From an uncultured Actinomycetes bacterium (GTDB taxonomy: Bacteria > Actinomycetota > UBA4738 > HRBIN12), in assembly GCA_963704725.1 (NCBI GenBank), contig OY969934.1:1632001-1696000 (forward strand): 64,000 nucleotides of DNA, read 5' to 3'. The position numbers were made by a program, and so were the translations under genes. The notes below the pieces were generated by a model. It ran no database searches. It saw only the letters and a program-made list of their open reading frames with translations, and had not been told where the DNA came from. Below, piece after piece: positions 18,851 to 29,100 of this stretch; positions within the stretch are counted from its first letter, which is position 1; every line of letters begins with the position of its first letter.

Positions 18851-18880
18851 GGTCGCTGGTTCAAGTCCAGCCCGCCCCAC
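18851..18880 (+). repeat. attR-like copy of the tRNA 3' end
   Basis: 30-bp exact match to 16383-16412. Confidence 0.9.
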
Positions 18881-18949
18881 CGCGGAGAGGTGTCTGATTC
18901 CGAAGCCCAGGTCAGAGCCCCGCTCGGTGACCGGCGATGGCGATGGCGA

Positions 18950-19438
18950 TCAGATCGCCGCGCCCGGTTTCGCGACGATCTTCGGGAGCTCTCTGGCCCA
19001 GGACCTGATGGCCTCCCAGTCGCGGAGGTCTCGATCGGCATCCCACCGCGGCTTCCGGGGATCGACGCCGCCGAAGACCGTCATCCGCGCCGGCCGCAGC
19101 CACCCCCGCTTGGCGAGGTTGCGGGTGAGCTGGGCGCGCGATCGCTCCCAGGCCTCCTTTTCGGGCCCAAGGGGCCCCAGCCCGAAGACCGCGACGGGGA
19201 CCTTCAGCAGCTCCCTGCGGTGCCGCCTCAGGAACCGACGAGCGTCGCGATGCAGGCGTCCCGAGTAGATCGCACCGCCGAGCACGACCAGATCGTCGTC
19301 CTTGATCTGTTTGCGGACCTCACGCGCCGACCGCAGGTCGACCCGCCAGCCGAGATCGCACAGGGCGAACGCGATCTCCTCAGCCACCTCCTCGGTCGAC
19401 CCGTGTTTGGTCGCGTAGGCCACGAGGATTGCGCCCAT
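18950..19438 (-). CDS. Flavodoxin-domain protein (HemG-like)
   Basis: ILVAYATKHGSTEEVAEEIA, VVLGGAIYSG, DLRDWEAIRSWA. Confidence 0.88.
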   Translation of the reverse strand: MGAILVAYATKHGSTEEVAEEIAFALCDLGWRVDLRSAREVRKQIKDDDLVVLGGAIYSGRLHRDARRFLRRHRRELLKVPVAVFGLGPLGPEKEAWERSRAQLTRNLAKRGWLRPARMTVFGGVDPRKPRWDADRDLRDWEAIRSWARELPKIVAKPGAAI

Positions 19439-19630
19439 GCACACATCGTCCATCGGGGCCGCCCCGACGAACCAGGCCGAGGGACCCGCTTCGAGGGGGT
19501 GGTTTGCCGGGTGTCGCCCGCTGAGGGGCGCCGGCCCGCCGAGCGCGACCCCGCGGTGTCCCGGCACGGCATCGGGGCTCGCCCAAGTGGATCGGGCGAG
19601 CCCCGAGGCTGGATCGGTCGAGCGATCGTG

Positions 19631-20239
19631 CTAGCGGGAGGTCCCCACGACGACCTCGTCCTCGATCGAGACCGATTCGCCCGCCACCGCGAAGACCTGC
19701 GCGTTCGGCGAGACCTTGCGAAGGTGCCGGAACCCCAGCACGCTCAGCACACCCATGATGGCCGCGAGCCCGAACGCCGCCAGGGATCCGATCAGGGCGA
19801 GCTGGCCGAACTTCCAGAACGCGTAGGCGTCCAGGAGCATCCCCCGCAGCGTGGTCCCGCGGAACAGCGTGTCCACCTGAGCGGCAAGCTCCGGGTCGTC
19901 CGGGTTCTCCCTGGCCAGGGTGCTGACCTCCGAGTACGTCTTGCCCTCGGCGATGCCCTGCAGGTGGACGAAGATGTAGTGGTTCGCGTAGGCCCGGGCC
20001 TGCTCGCCGTTCAGCAGCTGCTGGCCGGCGTACTGGCTCAGGTACGGCCCGATCTCCGGCGAGGCCAGCGACTCGCTGCCCGCCTCGGGGAAGTAGATGC
20101 TCTGGGCCTTCAGGTTCTCGTGGACCTGGCTGTTCGCGAAGCTGTAACCCCAGTACAGCAGCCCACCCGCGATGATCAGCACGGCCGTCAGCAGCACGCC
20201 GACGGACGAGACGATCGCGTCGAACGTTCGACGTGGCAT
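19631..20239 (-). CDS. Two-TM membrane protein of unknown function
   Basis: N- and C-terminal TM helices; QARAYANHYIFVHL and LFRGTTLRGMLL motifs; GGAGG RBS. Confidence 0.8.
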   Translation of the reverse strand: MPRRTFDAIVSSVGVLLTAVLIIAGGLLYWGYSFANSQVHENLKAQSIYFPEAGSESLASPEIGPYLSQYAGQQLLNGEQARAYANHYIFVHLQGIAEGKTYSEVSTLARENPDDPELAAQVDTLFRGTTLRGMLLDAYAFWKFGQLALIGSLAAFGLAAIMGVLSVLGFRHLRKVSPNAQVFAVAGESVSIEDEVVVGTSR

Positions 20240-20556
20240 CTCCCTGACCTCCTTCTTCCTCGATCGGCTATGAGAGCAACGCTAGGCGGCCGCCCCGCCC
20301 CGGGCCCCTGCCGAGGTGCCCTTGCGGGCCCGTCCCCGCCCCCTTCGTTCGAAGGGGGGGTCCCGGTCCGTTCGGCCCGTCGCGGAGGGCCCGATCGGCC
20401 CGACCGGGGGCACGGCGATCCACGCTGGGGTGAACCACCGAGCAGCTGGCACGCTTCGCCGAGGGTGTGCTGGCGACCGCGGTCCACGCGACGGAGGCTG
20501 AGCGCCTGGAGCCGGGCGCCGCCGTCAGGTACTGACCGTCCCTCGAGCCCGTTCGA

Positions 20557-21210
20557 TCAGGCGCGCGCCGCGATCCCGAGGTCGGCCATGATGACGCGGA
20601 CCCGCTCGCCGATCTCGTCGCGGATCGGACGGACCTCCTCCACCGGGAGGCCTGCGGGGTCGCCGACCTCCCAATCGAGGTAGCGCTTGCCGGGGAAGAT
20701 GGGGCAGGAGTCGCCGCAGCCCATCGTGACGATGACATCGGCGGCGCGCACGACCTCGTCGGTCCACGGCTTGGGGAACTCGCTCGAGATGTCGATGCCG
20801 ATCTCGGCCATCGCCTCGACGGCTGAGGGGTTGATCTCGCTGGCCGGGTCGGACCCTCCGGAGAACACCTCGACCTGATCGCCGGCGAGGTGCTGCATCC
20901 ACCCCGCGGCCATCTGCGAACGCCCGGCGTTGTGGACACAGAGGAAGACCACCATGGGCGTGGAGGACGCCGTCGTGGATTCGACGCGGGCGAGCGCCTG
21001 AAGCCGCTGCCTCGTGTAGCGCTCGACGAACACCGGGATGAACCCCGTGATGCGAGCTCGGGCCAGCGACTCGTAGGAATCCGCCATGAACCGTTGGATC
21101 GTCTCCTCGCCGAACGTGCCGGCGAACTCCCGCCGAAGCTGCTCGGCCGCGACCTTGATCAGATGACGGATCTCCAGAGGGGCGGCGGTCAGGGGATCGG
21201 TGAGGCTCAT
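20557..21210 (-). CDS. arsC: Arsenate reductase ArsC (N-terminal helical bundle plus LMW-PTP fold)
   Basis: CVHNAGRSQMA active site, TMGCGDSCP, DWEVGDP; GAGGAGG RBS. Confidence 0.92.
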   Translation of the reverse strand: MSLTDPLTAAPLEIRHLIKVAAEQLRREFAGTFGEETIQRFMADSYESLARARITGFIPVFVERYTRQRLQALARVESTTASSTPMVVFLCVHNAGRSQMAAGWMQHLAGDQVEVFSGGSDPASEINPSAVEAMAEIGIDISSEFPKPWTDEVVRAADVIVTMGCGDSCPIFPGKRYLDWEVGDPAGLPVEEVRPIRDEIGERVRVIMADLGIAARA

Positions 21211-21914
21211 GGGCGTGACCTCCTCGGTCGGTGGGGCGGGCGGACGTGCGGGGCGAGGGTCTCGACGCGCGAGGTGATCCGGTGGAGCGCGTCGTCGAAC
21301 GCCGTGGGGGAGTCGGAAAGGGCCGGATCGGGGATCGACCAATGCAGGAGCCTGGCTCGCTCCGGAAGCGCCCCGAGCTCCTCCCTAGCGACGTCGCACA
21401 CGGTCACGACGAGGTCGGACCGCTCGGTGATCGCCTCGATCGATCGCGTGCGGGCGGCTCGCAGATCGAGACCGGCCCGGGCCGCGGCCTCGACCGCCTC
21501 GGGACGAACCTCCTTCGCCGGCCGGGTGCCCGCGCTCGTGGCCCCGACCACGTGACGCGCGTTCCACACCGCGGCGGCGAGCTGAGAGCGGGCCGAGTTC
21601 GCGCTGCAGACGAACAGCACCTGACGGGCCACGAGGATCGCGACGGGCTCGGCGATCGCGGCGAGCGCATCGGGGACGAGGCGGACGTACCGTCGCCGGC
21701 CGTCCCCGGCGGACGTCGTTCGCTCGACGATCCCCGCCTCCTGCAGCACGCCGAGGTGGTGGGCGAGGAGGTTGGACCCGATCCGCAGTGAGGCGCCGAG
21801 CTCCGATGGCGAGCGGTCGGAGATCGCGAGCTCGTCCACGATCTCCAGCCGGTGGGGGTCCGCGAGGGCCGCGTGGATCGCCGCGCGCCGTTCGGAGGAC
21901 AGCTCAATCATCAT
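21207..21914 (-). CDS. ArsR HTH-LMW-PTP (ArsC-like) fusion regulator
   Basis: ALADPHRLEIVDEL...LLAHHLGVL HTH followed by VLFVCSANSARSQLA and HWSIPDP. Confidence 0.88.
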   Translation of the reverse strand: MMIELSSERRAAIHAALADPHRLEIVDELAISDRSPSELGASLRIGSNLLAHHLGVLQEAGIVERTTSAGDGRRRYVRLVPDALAAIAEPVAILVARQVLFVCSANSARSQLAAAVWNARHVVGATSAGTRPAKEVRPEAVEAAARAGLDLRAARTRSIEAITERSDLVVTVCDVAREELGALPERARLLHWSIPDPALSDSPTAFDDALHRITSRVETLAPHVRPPHRPRRSRP

Positions 21915-21951
21915 TGACGCAATGATGATTGAGAGTCCTGCCTCCTGTCAA
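21903..21951 (-). promoter_or_regulatory. ars promoter and perfect 14-3-14 palindromic operator
   Basis: CTCAATCATCATTG-ACG-CAATGATGATTGAG (21903-21933); TTGACA at 21951-21946 on the minus strand. Confidence 0.85.
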
Positions 21952-22033
21952 GAGCCGACTCGGATTCCCGGCGGGGGCTCGAGGGTCGTCCGGGCGTCAT
22001 CACAGGGCGGTGGGCCGCTCGTACACTCGCGCG

Positions 22034-23221
22034 ATGGTCGCCGGCAGGATCCCCGAGCGATACGTGGGGCTGTGCCTGCGCGTGGGCGCGCTGGACGAGG
22101 ACTTCGTGGACGCCTACATCGGACCGGCCGCGCTGATGGAGGAGGCCCTCGCGGACGGGCCCCACGACCCGCGGCGCCTTCGGGACGAGGCGCTGGCGCT
22201 CATCGAGGACGTGCCCGGCGAGGGCTTGGAGGACGACCGCGTCGCGTGGCTCCTCGGCCAGCTCCGAGGCATCGAGTGCATGACGGCTCGGCTCGCCGGC
22301 GAGGACCTCCCGTGGACCGAACAGGTGGAGCGCTGCTTCGGGATCCGACCTCAACACGTCGACGAGGACCTCTTCCGAGCCAGTCACGAGGAGCTCGACG
22401 CCGCGCTCCCCGGTAGCGGCGACCTGAGCTCGCGCTATCAGGCGTGGATCGAGGCCGCGGAGGTCCCCAGGGAAGACCTCCCACGTGTCGTCGAGGTCCT
22501 CAGTGCGGAGCTCAGACGCCGTTCCGCCGGGATCGTGGAGCTCCCGCCGGGAGAGCGGGTGGACTACGAGCCGGTCACCGGGGAGCCGTGGCAGGCGTTC
22601 AACCGCTACCGGGGAGAGCTGGCCAGCCTCGTGCAGCTGAACCTGGACGTGCCGCGGACGATCCTGGACGTCGTGGCCACCGTCGCGCACGAGTCGTACC
22701 CGGGACACCACACCGAGCGAGCCTGCAAAGAGGCGCTCCTGTATCGAGACCGGTCGCGGCTCGAGATGTCCGTGATGATCACCTCGGCGCCGGAGGCGGT
22801 CATCGCCGAGGGGATCGCGACCAACGCGCTGGAGGCGGTCCTCGGCGACGAGGGCTTCCAGGCGCTGCCGGAGATCGTCGGCGAGGTCGGCTTCCCGGTC
22901 GACCCCGCGGTCGCCGAGGTGGTGCACCGCGAGGAGCAGCGGCTGCTGGGGGCCGCCGCGAACGCGGCTCGCATGCTGCACGAGGACGGCATCACGCGGA
23001 CCGAGGCCGAGTCCTACCTCCGGGCCTGGGCCCTGGATCCCCCGGAGCGTGCCGCCAAGACCGTGACGTTCCTCATGGATCCGGGCTCGTGGGCGTACGT
23101 CACGGCGTACACCGACGGGTGGCGACTCTGCAGGTCGTTCGCGAACCGTCGGCGCGACGGGTTCAGGAGGTTGCTCACCGAGCAGCTGACGGTGTCGTCG
23201 CTCCTCGGTCCGCAGGCCTGA
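22034..23221 (+). CDS. DUF885-like putative metallopeptidase
   Basis: AHESYPGHHTE motif, IAEGIA, YVTAYTDG; TACACT 6 nt before the ATG. Confidence 0.75.
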   Translation: MVAGRIPERYVGLCLRVGALDEDFVDAYIGPAALMEEALADGPHDPRRLRDEALALIEDVPGEGLEDDRVAWLLGQLRGIECMTARLAGEDLPWTEQVERCFGIRPQHVDEDLFRASHEELDAALPGSGDLSSRYQAWIEAAEVPREDLPRVVEVLSAELRRRSAGIVELPPGERVDYEPVTGEPWQAFNRYRGELASLVQLNLDVPRTILDVVATVAHESYPGHHTERACKEALLYRDRSRLEMSVMITSAPEAVIAEGIATNALEAVLGDEGFQALPEIVGEVGFPVDPAVAEVVHREEQRLLGAAANAARMLHEDGITRTEAESYLRAWALDPPERAAKTVTFLMDPGSWAYVTAYTDGWRLCRSFANRRRDGFRRLLTEQLTVSSLLGPQA

Positions 23222-23293
23222 ACACGAGCCGCTCCGACGGTACCGGCACGCTCGGCGAACGTGGCGTGCCGGTATCCGTCCGAGGTGGGATCC

Positions 23294-23647
23294 CTATGAC
23301 ACCGTCCCGTGACAGTGCGTCACCTTGCTATGGGTGGGCGACGTCCCGTCGAGGTTGGAGTGATAGGTCCGCTCGATGTAGTGGCGGGGGTTCAGCGACA
23401 CGTTGAACGCCCGGAACGCGGAGTCCGAGGCGTTGTAGATCTTCAGCAGGCACCGGCCGTCGTAGCTGTCGTTGAACGACAGGTTCGTGATCCGAACGGT
23501 GACCCGCACGGTCTCGTAGTTGGTGTGCCGGACCGTGGTCCATCTGGTGTGCCAGCGGATGCGTCCGTAGTCGATGTGTGCCGACGCGGGAGCCGCGGCC
23601 GCGAAGAGCATGAGCAGGACGCTGCCGAGTACGACGAGTCTCTTCAT
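23294..23647 (-). CDS. Small secreted beta-rich hypothetical protein
   Basis: Signal peptide MKRLVVLGSVLLMLFAAAAPASA; GAGGGGAG RBS; two Cys. Confidence 0.75.
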   Translation of the reverse strand: MKRLVVLGSVLLMLFAAAAPASAHIDYGRIRWHTRWTTVRHTNYETVRVTVRITNLSFNDSYDGRCLLKIYNASDSAFRAFNVSLNPRHYIERTYHSNLDGTSPTHSKVTHCHGTVS

Positions 23648-23724
23648 AGCACTCCCCTCTAGCGCTGAACGATGCTGGCACGCGCCCCCGGGGGAGTCAA
23701 CCTCGAGAGGTCGGGTTGGGGTAT

Positions 23725-25866
23725 TCACCCGACGGGCCGCGGTTCGCCGCCACGGCCGTCCGCTCGGCCCGGCCGGACGGTCTCGATGTGGGCGGGCTCG
23801 AGCACGACCCGGCGCCCCGAGACGTCGGCGACGGCACGGCGGTCCTTCCGAGGGTTCCACAGGCGAACCTCGAGCGCGCCGTCCCGACGTCGGACGTTCG
23901 AGAGCGCGGCGTCGCCGGCGAGCTCGAGCAGGCTTCCGGTCCCCGGGAGCGCGCCCCCGCCCTTGGCGGCCGCAACCAGGAGCGGGAGGGCGAACCGTTC
24001 CCACTCGGGCAGGAGGTCGTCCTGGACGGCGCCCGGTCGCAGACCGATCGCGAACGGCGTCGTCCCGATCATCTGCGCGCGCGGCGTGGGAACATCGGGA
24101 CCGGCCGAGAACGGGCGCGTCGCCAGGCGCTCGCGGCTGATCGTCCCCACGCACCGGAGCAGCGTGACGAGGAGCTCGCGGCCGGCGACCTCGTACTCGA
24201 AGACCCCCTCGTGGAACGCGGCGAGCCCCCCGGCGAGCAGGACGTGGCGGGCGGGCCACGTGGGCGAGGGCGCTTCGAGATCGCCGCCCTCCGAGTAACG
24301 AGGGCGCGTCACGAGCTCGAACGGCGAGCCGGCGACCGAGCCGTCCGCCGACGAGGGCATCGACACGGCCAACCGCAGCCGGTGATCGGGCCGGCGATTG
24401 TCCATCGTCCCCTCGAGGCGGTAGCCGCGCTCGTCCTGCCGGCGGCGAACCCGGGCCGTCACGACGAGCCCCGGCCACCGGGCCTCGACCTCGTCGCCCT
24501 TCACGGCGACGGCGCCGGGTGGCTCGGGCGCCTGTCCCTCGGTCGCGAAGCAGAAGTTGTAGAGATCGCCGACGTCGGGCTCGTCCAGGAGCGTGAAGCG
24601 GACGTCGCCGTCGATCGTCACCCCTGTTGCGGCGTCCGCTGCGAGCTCGACCCTGCGCCAGGCCGGCGAGACCGGCTCCGGGTCGACCCGCCATCCGAGC
24701 GCGGGGACGCCCTCGCGCTCGAACGGCGAAGGGTTGAACCGTACGATCCCCGGCACCGACATCTGCGCTCCGAGCGCCGAGAGCGCCTCCCCGACGATGG
24801 CCTCGCCGATCGCTCGGGCCTCCTCGAACCTGGCGTCGACGTCGGCCGCCACGCCGTCGTGCGAGCACCCGCACGCCGAGTCGTGGGCGCCGTTCCACAG
24901 CAGGAGCGTCCAGGCCCGATCGAGGCGCTCCTGCGGCCACGCGAACCCGGGCGCGAGCGCCGCGAGCGGCTCCGCGTAGCGCTCGATCAGCGTCTCGACC
25001 CTCCCGCGCTCCCGCTTCTGATCCGCACGCGCGGAGACGACGTTCGGCAGCAGGTGGGCACGGGCGGAGGAGCGGAGCTCGCCGCGCCACACGGGGAGCT
25101 CGATCGCAGGGTCCGCCTCCAGATGGTCGTTCAGCGATCCGATCCGCACCGTCGCGCCGCCGAGCTCGGGCCCCGCGGCTTCGAGACGAGCGGGGAGGTC
25201 GGCGTCCGGGCCCGAGTGATCGGAGCCCACGGTGATCAGCACGCGATCGTCGACCAGGAACGGCTCCAGGCGGGAGAGCTTGTCCCGCAGGGCCTTCCCG
25301 AGCTCGGCGGGATCCCGATGGCGATGGATGTCGCCGCCCATCGTGTAGCCGAACGCCAGGTACTCGGCCACCACGGAGCTGCCGTCGGGGGACTCCCAGC
25401 GGAACCTCGTCCGGTCGATGGATCGAGGGACGCCCCGCCACAGGACGGCGTGCTCGATGCCGGCCCGTCGCAGGATCTGTGGCATCTGGCCGATGTGTCC
25501 GAACTGATCCGGCAGGTAACCGATCTCGGTGGCGGGACCCAGGGCCCGGGCCCGGGCCAGTCCCATCTCGAGGTTGCGGATGTGCGACTCGCCCGACGTC
25601 AGGAACTCGTCCATCTGCGTCACCCACGGACCGAGCGAGAGCTTGCCCTCGGCCGCGAGGCGCCGGATGTCGGGCTCGCGCTCGGGCCGCACGGCGAGGT
25701 AGTCGTCGACCATCGCCGTCTGGCCGTCCAGGTGGAAGTGGGGGAAGCCGCGGTCCGCGAGGTCTAGGAGCGTGTCCATCATCACGACGAGCCGCTCGAG
25801 GAACACGTCGAACGGCTCGTACCACTCACGGTCCCAGTGCGTGTGCGGGACGAGCGTGACGAGCAT
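23725..25866 (-). CDS. Glycoside hydrolase family 38 (alpha-mannosidase-like)
   Basis: HTHWDREWY, FHLDGQ, GYLPDQFGH, HDSACGCS. Confidence 0.93.
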   Translation of the reverse strand: MLVTLVPHTHWDREWYEPFDVFLERLVVMMDTLLDLADRGFPHFHLDGQTAMVDDYLAVRPEREPDIRRLAAEGKLSLGPWVTQMDEFLTSGESHIRNLEMGLARARALGPATEIGYLPDQFGHIGQMPQILRRAGIEHAVLWRGVPRSIDRTRFRWESPDGSSVVAEYLAFGYTMGGDIHRHRDPAELGKALRDKLSRLEPFLVDDRVLITVGSDHSGPDADLPARLEAAGPELGGATVRIGSLNDHLEADPAIELPVWRGELRSSARAHLLPNVVSARADQKRERGRVETLIERYAEPLAALAPGFAWPQERLDRAWTLLLWNGAHDSACGCSHDGVAADVDARFEEARAIGEAIVGEALSALGAQMSVPGIVRFNPSPFEREGVPALGWRVDPEPVSPAWRRVELAADAATGVTIDGDVRFTLLDEPDVGDLYNFCFATEGQAPEPPGAVAVKGDEVEARWPGLVVTARVRRRQDERGYRLEGTMDNRRPDHRLRLAVSMPSSADGSVAGSPFELVTRPRYSEGGDLEAPSPTWPARHVLLAGGLAAFHEGVFEYEVAGRELLVTLLRCVGTISRERLATRPFSAGPDVPTPRAQMIGTTPFAIGLRPGAVQDDLLPEWERFALPLLVAAAKGGGALPGTGSLLELAGDAALSNVRRRDGALEVRLWNPRKDRRAVADVSGRRVVLEPAHIETVRPGRADGRGGEPRPVG

Positions 25867-26171
25867 CGCGGGCATCGTGACACACGGAGGCCACGCGGGG
25901 ACGTGCTCCGGCTGGTGCGGACCCAGTAGGGAAAGCACGCACGTCGGAGCATTGCCGCGCAGCAGGCTTACCGCCGATGCCGAATTGATTGGACGTGAAT
26001 CGTCCGCCTACCCTTGCATGCTTCGACCGGCAGAATCGGCCTCGACGCGAAGGGGGGGATGGCCTCGCCGGTCCGCCGTCAATTGCCGAGCGTGATCTGG
26101 TGTCCGCGCCCGTGGCGACCATTCGAAGTGGATGGGACCGGGCCGGAGCGCACGAAAGGGGAGATCTGCGC

Positions 26172-29100
26172 ATGAGGCGTCCTGCGGTTCGCGCCGCACT
26201 CGTAGCCTTCGCGTTGCTGGTCGCAACGATCGGGTTGACCACCGCCACCGCGGCGTCGCCGAGCTTCCGGGCTCACGGCCTGCGGCCGGCCGGGGACCCG
26301 ATACAGGGCTCGAAGGCTCTGTCCACCCGGCTGGCCCGCACCGACGAGAGCCTGCTGGGATTGACCGGCTCGCGGATGACGCCGGTCATCGTCAAGTTCG
26401 ACTACGACAGCGTCGCGAGCTACGCCGGCGGAGTCGCCGGCCTGCGCGCGACGAGTCCGAGCGTCACGGGCCGGTCGATCGACTCCGCCGACGCCCGAGT
26501 CGCGGCCTACAGCCGATACGTCGCTACGCGCGAGAGCCAGATCGTGTCTTCGATCCGGGCTCGCGTCCCGAACGCCAGGATCGGCACCTCGTTCCGGATG
26601 GCGTACGGCGGCGTGGCGATGCAGGTGCCGGCCAACCGGATCGGCGAGCTCCTGCGCGTTCCGGGCGTCGTCGCCGTTCAGGCGGACCGGCTGCAGCAGC
26701 CGCAGACCGACACGACCCCCCATTTCCTCGGGGCCGATCAGGTCTGGCCGACGCTCGGCGGACAGAACCACGCCGGCGAGAACGTGCTGGTCGGAGTCAT
26801 CGACACGGGCGTGTGGCCTGAGCACCCGTCGTTCGCCGACCCCGGCATCGCCCCGATCCCCGGCTCGTTCGGATGCGAGTTCGGAGACGGCACCGACCCG
26901 CTGCTCGGCGATCCTTTCACCTGCAACGACAAGCTCGTCGGCGCGTACGCGTTCACCGACACCTACCTCTCCGTGTTCGACGCGCTCCCCGGTGAGTTCT
27001 GCGACAACGCGACCAGCACCTGCTCGGCGCGCGACCCCGACGGCCACGGCACCCACACGTCGTCGACGGCCGTCGGCAGTCCCGTCGCGGACGCGACGCT
27101 CTTCGGCATCGACCGCGGCGACATCAGCGGGATGGCGCCCGGCGCGCACCTGATCATGTACCGCGTCTGCCTGGAGCAGGGCTGCTTCGGGTCGGACTCG
27201 GTCGCAGCGGTCAACCAGGCGATCCTGGACGGGGTCCAGGTCATCAACTTCTCGATCAGCGGCGGGGCCAACCCGTACACCGACGCGGTCGAGCTCGCGT
27301 TCCTCGACGCTTACGCGTCGAACATCCTCGTCAACGCCTCGGCCGGCAACGCCGGTCCGGGTGCCTCGACCGCCGACCACGGCGGACCGTGGGTCAACAC
27401 GGTCGGCGCGTCGACCTCGCCCCGTCAGTGGCTGACCACGGCGCACCTGACGGCGGACAACGGCGACACGTTCGACGCCCAGGGAGCGAGCATCACGCCC
27501 GGCATCGCGAGCGACACGCCGGTGGTCTCGGCGGGCGATGTGGCCGGCTACAACGATCCCGAATGCAACGACCCCCTTCCGGCCGGCTCCGTGACCGGGC
27601 AGATCGTCGTGTGCGTCGGGCAGTTCAACCGCAACCTGCGTGTGTTCAACGTCCTGCAGGGCGGCGGCGTCGGGAGCCTCCTGGTGGTTCCGCCGCCCGG
27701 TCCCGGCAACCTGTTCACGGACAACTTCTGGGTCCCGACGGTGACGGTGAACTCGCCGACGCCGGGCATCGACCTGCTGGACTTCGTGGACACCCACACC
27801 GGGATCGTGGCCCACTGGGACACGGGCTCGGCGACGCCGGTCACGCCCGACGTGATGACGAGCTTCTCCTCGCGCGGGCCGACGGGTGACTTCCTGAAGC
27901 CGGACGTCACGGCGCCCGGCATCGAGATCCTGGCGGGCAACACGCCGGAGCCGATCAGCGTGTTCGGCGGGCCTCCGGGCGAGTTCTTCCAGGTCATCGC
28001 GGGGACGTCGATGTCCAGCCCGCACGCCGCGGGCGTGTCGGCGCTCGTGCGGGCCGCGCATCCGGATTGGACGCCCGGTCAGGTGAAGTCGGCGCTCATG
28101 ACATCGGCCGTCACGAACGTGCTCAAGGAGGACGGCGTCACGCCGGCCGACCCGTTCGACGACGGCGCGGGTTCGATCCGGGCCAACCTGGCGGTGAACG
28201 CGGGGCTGACCTTCGACGAGACGGCGGCCGACTACTTCGCCTCGGCCTCCGACCCGCTCGGACGGATCGACCTCAACACCCCGAGCGTCAACGCGCCGCT
28301 GATGCCGGGCGTCGTCACCACGACGCGCACAGGCCTCAACGTCAGCGGCCGCAGCCAGCACTACACGGTCCAGGTCCAGAGTCCTTCGGGCGGGACGATC
28401 TCGGTCTCGCCGTCGTCGTTCACGGTGAAGAAGGACAAGACCGTCACGCTCACGATCACGATCAACGGGACGGCGCTGGCCGAGGGCCAGTACTTCGGCC
28501 GGATCACGCTCAAGCCGCAGGGCACCACGGTGAGCCAGGTCACGATGCCGGTGGCGTTCGTCAAGACCCAGGGCGACGTGACGCTCTCCAACACGTGCGC
28601 GGCGGCGACGATCGCGGTCGGCGGGACGACCTCGTGCCAGGTGACCGCGACCAACCTCGCTCCGGTTTCGACCGGGTACGACCTGAGCCTGGTGGGACCG
28701 GCGAAGAACCGGCTCCAGGTGCAGAACGTCTCGGCGCCGGGTGTTCCGGCGGGTAACGGCTTCACGGCGGCCGGCACGCTGTCGGCCTCCGTGGCGCCGC
28801 TCATCACCGGGATCACCCCGACGGTGGGGCCGGCGCCCGGCTATCTGCCGCTGTCCCTGTTCGGGATCGCGCCGATCGCCGGGATGGGTGACGAGACGCT
28901 GGTCAACTTCAACACCCCCGCGTTCTCGTTCGGGTCCGAGGTGTACAACCGGCTGGCGGTGACCTCGGACGGGTACGCCGTGGTCGGTGGGGGCGGGTCC
29001 GGCGACCTGAACTTCATCCCGCAGACGTTCCCCGACCCCAACGCGCCCAACAACGTCCTCGCCCCGTTCTGGACGGACCTGGACGTGAGTGCGGGCGGCG

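Larger units (their letters stand above)
16383..18880. mobile_element. Integrase-less genomic islet at tRNA-CAT bounded by 30-bp direct repeats
   Basis: GGTCGCTGGTTCAAGTCCAGCCCGCCCCAC at 16383-16412 and 18851-18880; cargo is a pRiA4b-like gene plus AbiEi/AbiEii. Confidence 0.85.

Noticed and set aside
18841-18880. Possible second tRNA
   Set aside because: Only the T-arm and 3' acceptor half are present, with no D-arm or anticodon. Treated as an att repeat.
1922-20437. 14-bp inverted match TGGTTCACCCCAGC (1922-1935) / GCTGGGGTGAACCA (20424-20437) as element termini
   Set aside because: Short enough to arise by chance at this GC content; no target duplication or transposase, and the interval contains a core tRNA.
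21929-22033. ORF-track extension of the DUF885-like gene to 21929
   Set aside because: That TTG comes from the operator palindrome arm. TACACT-N6-ATG supports 22034.
25876-26171. Long intergenic region before the S8 protease as a riboswitch
   Set aside because: No recognisable c-di-AMP, c-di-GMP, SAM, TPP or cobalamin consensus by eye. An Rfam scan would be needed to exclude it fully.
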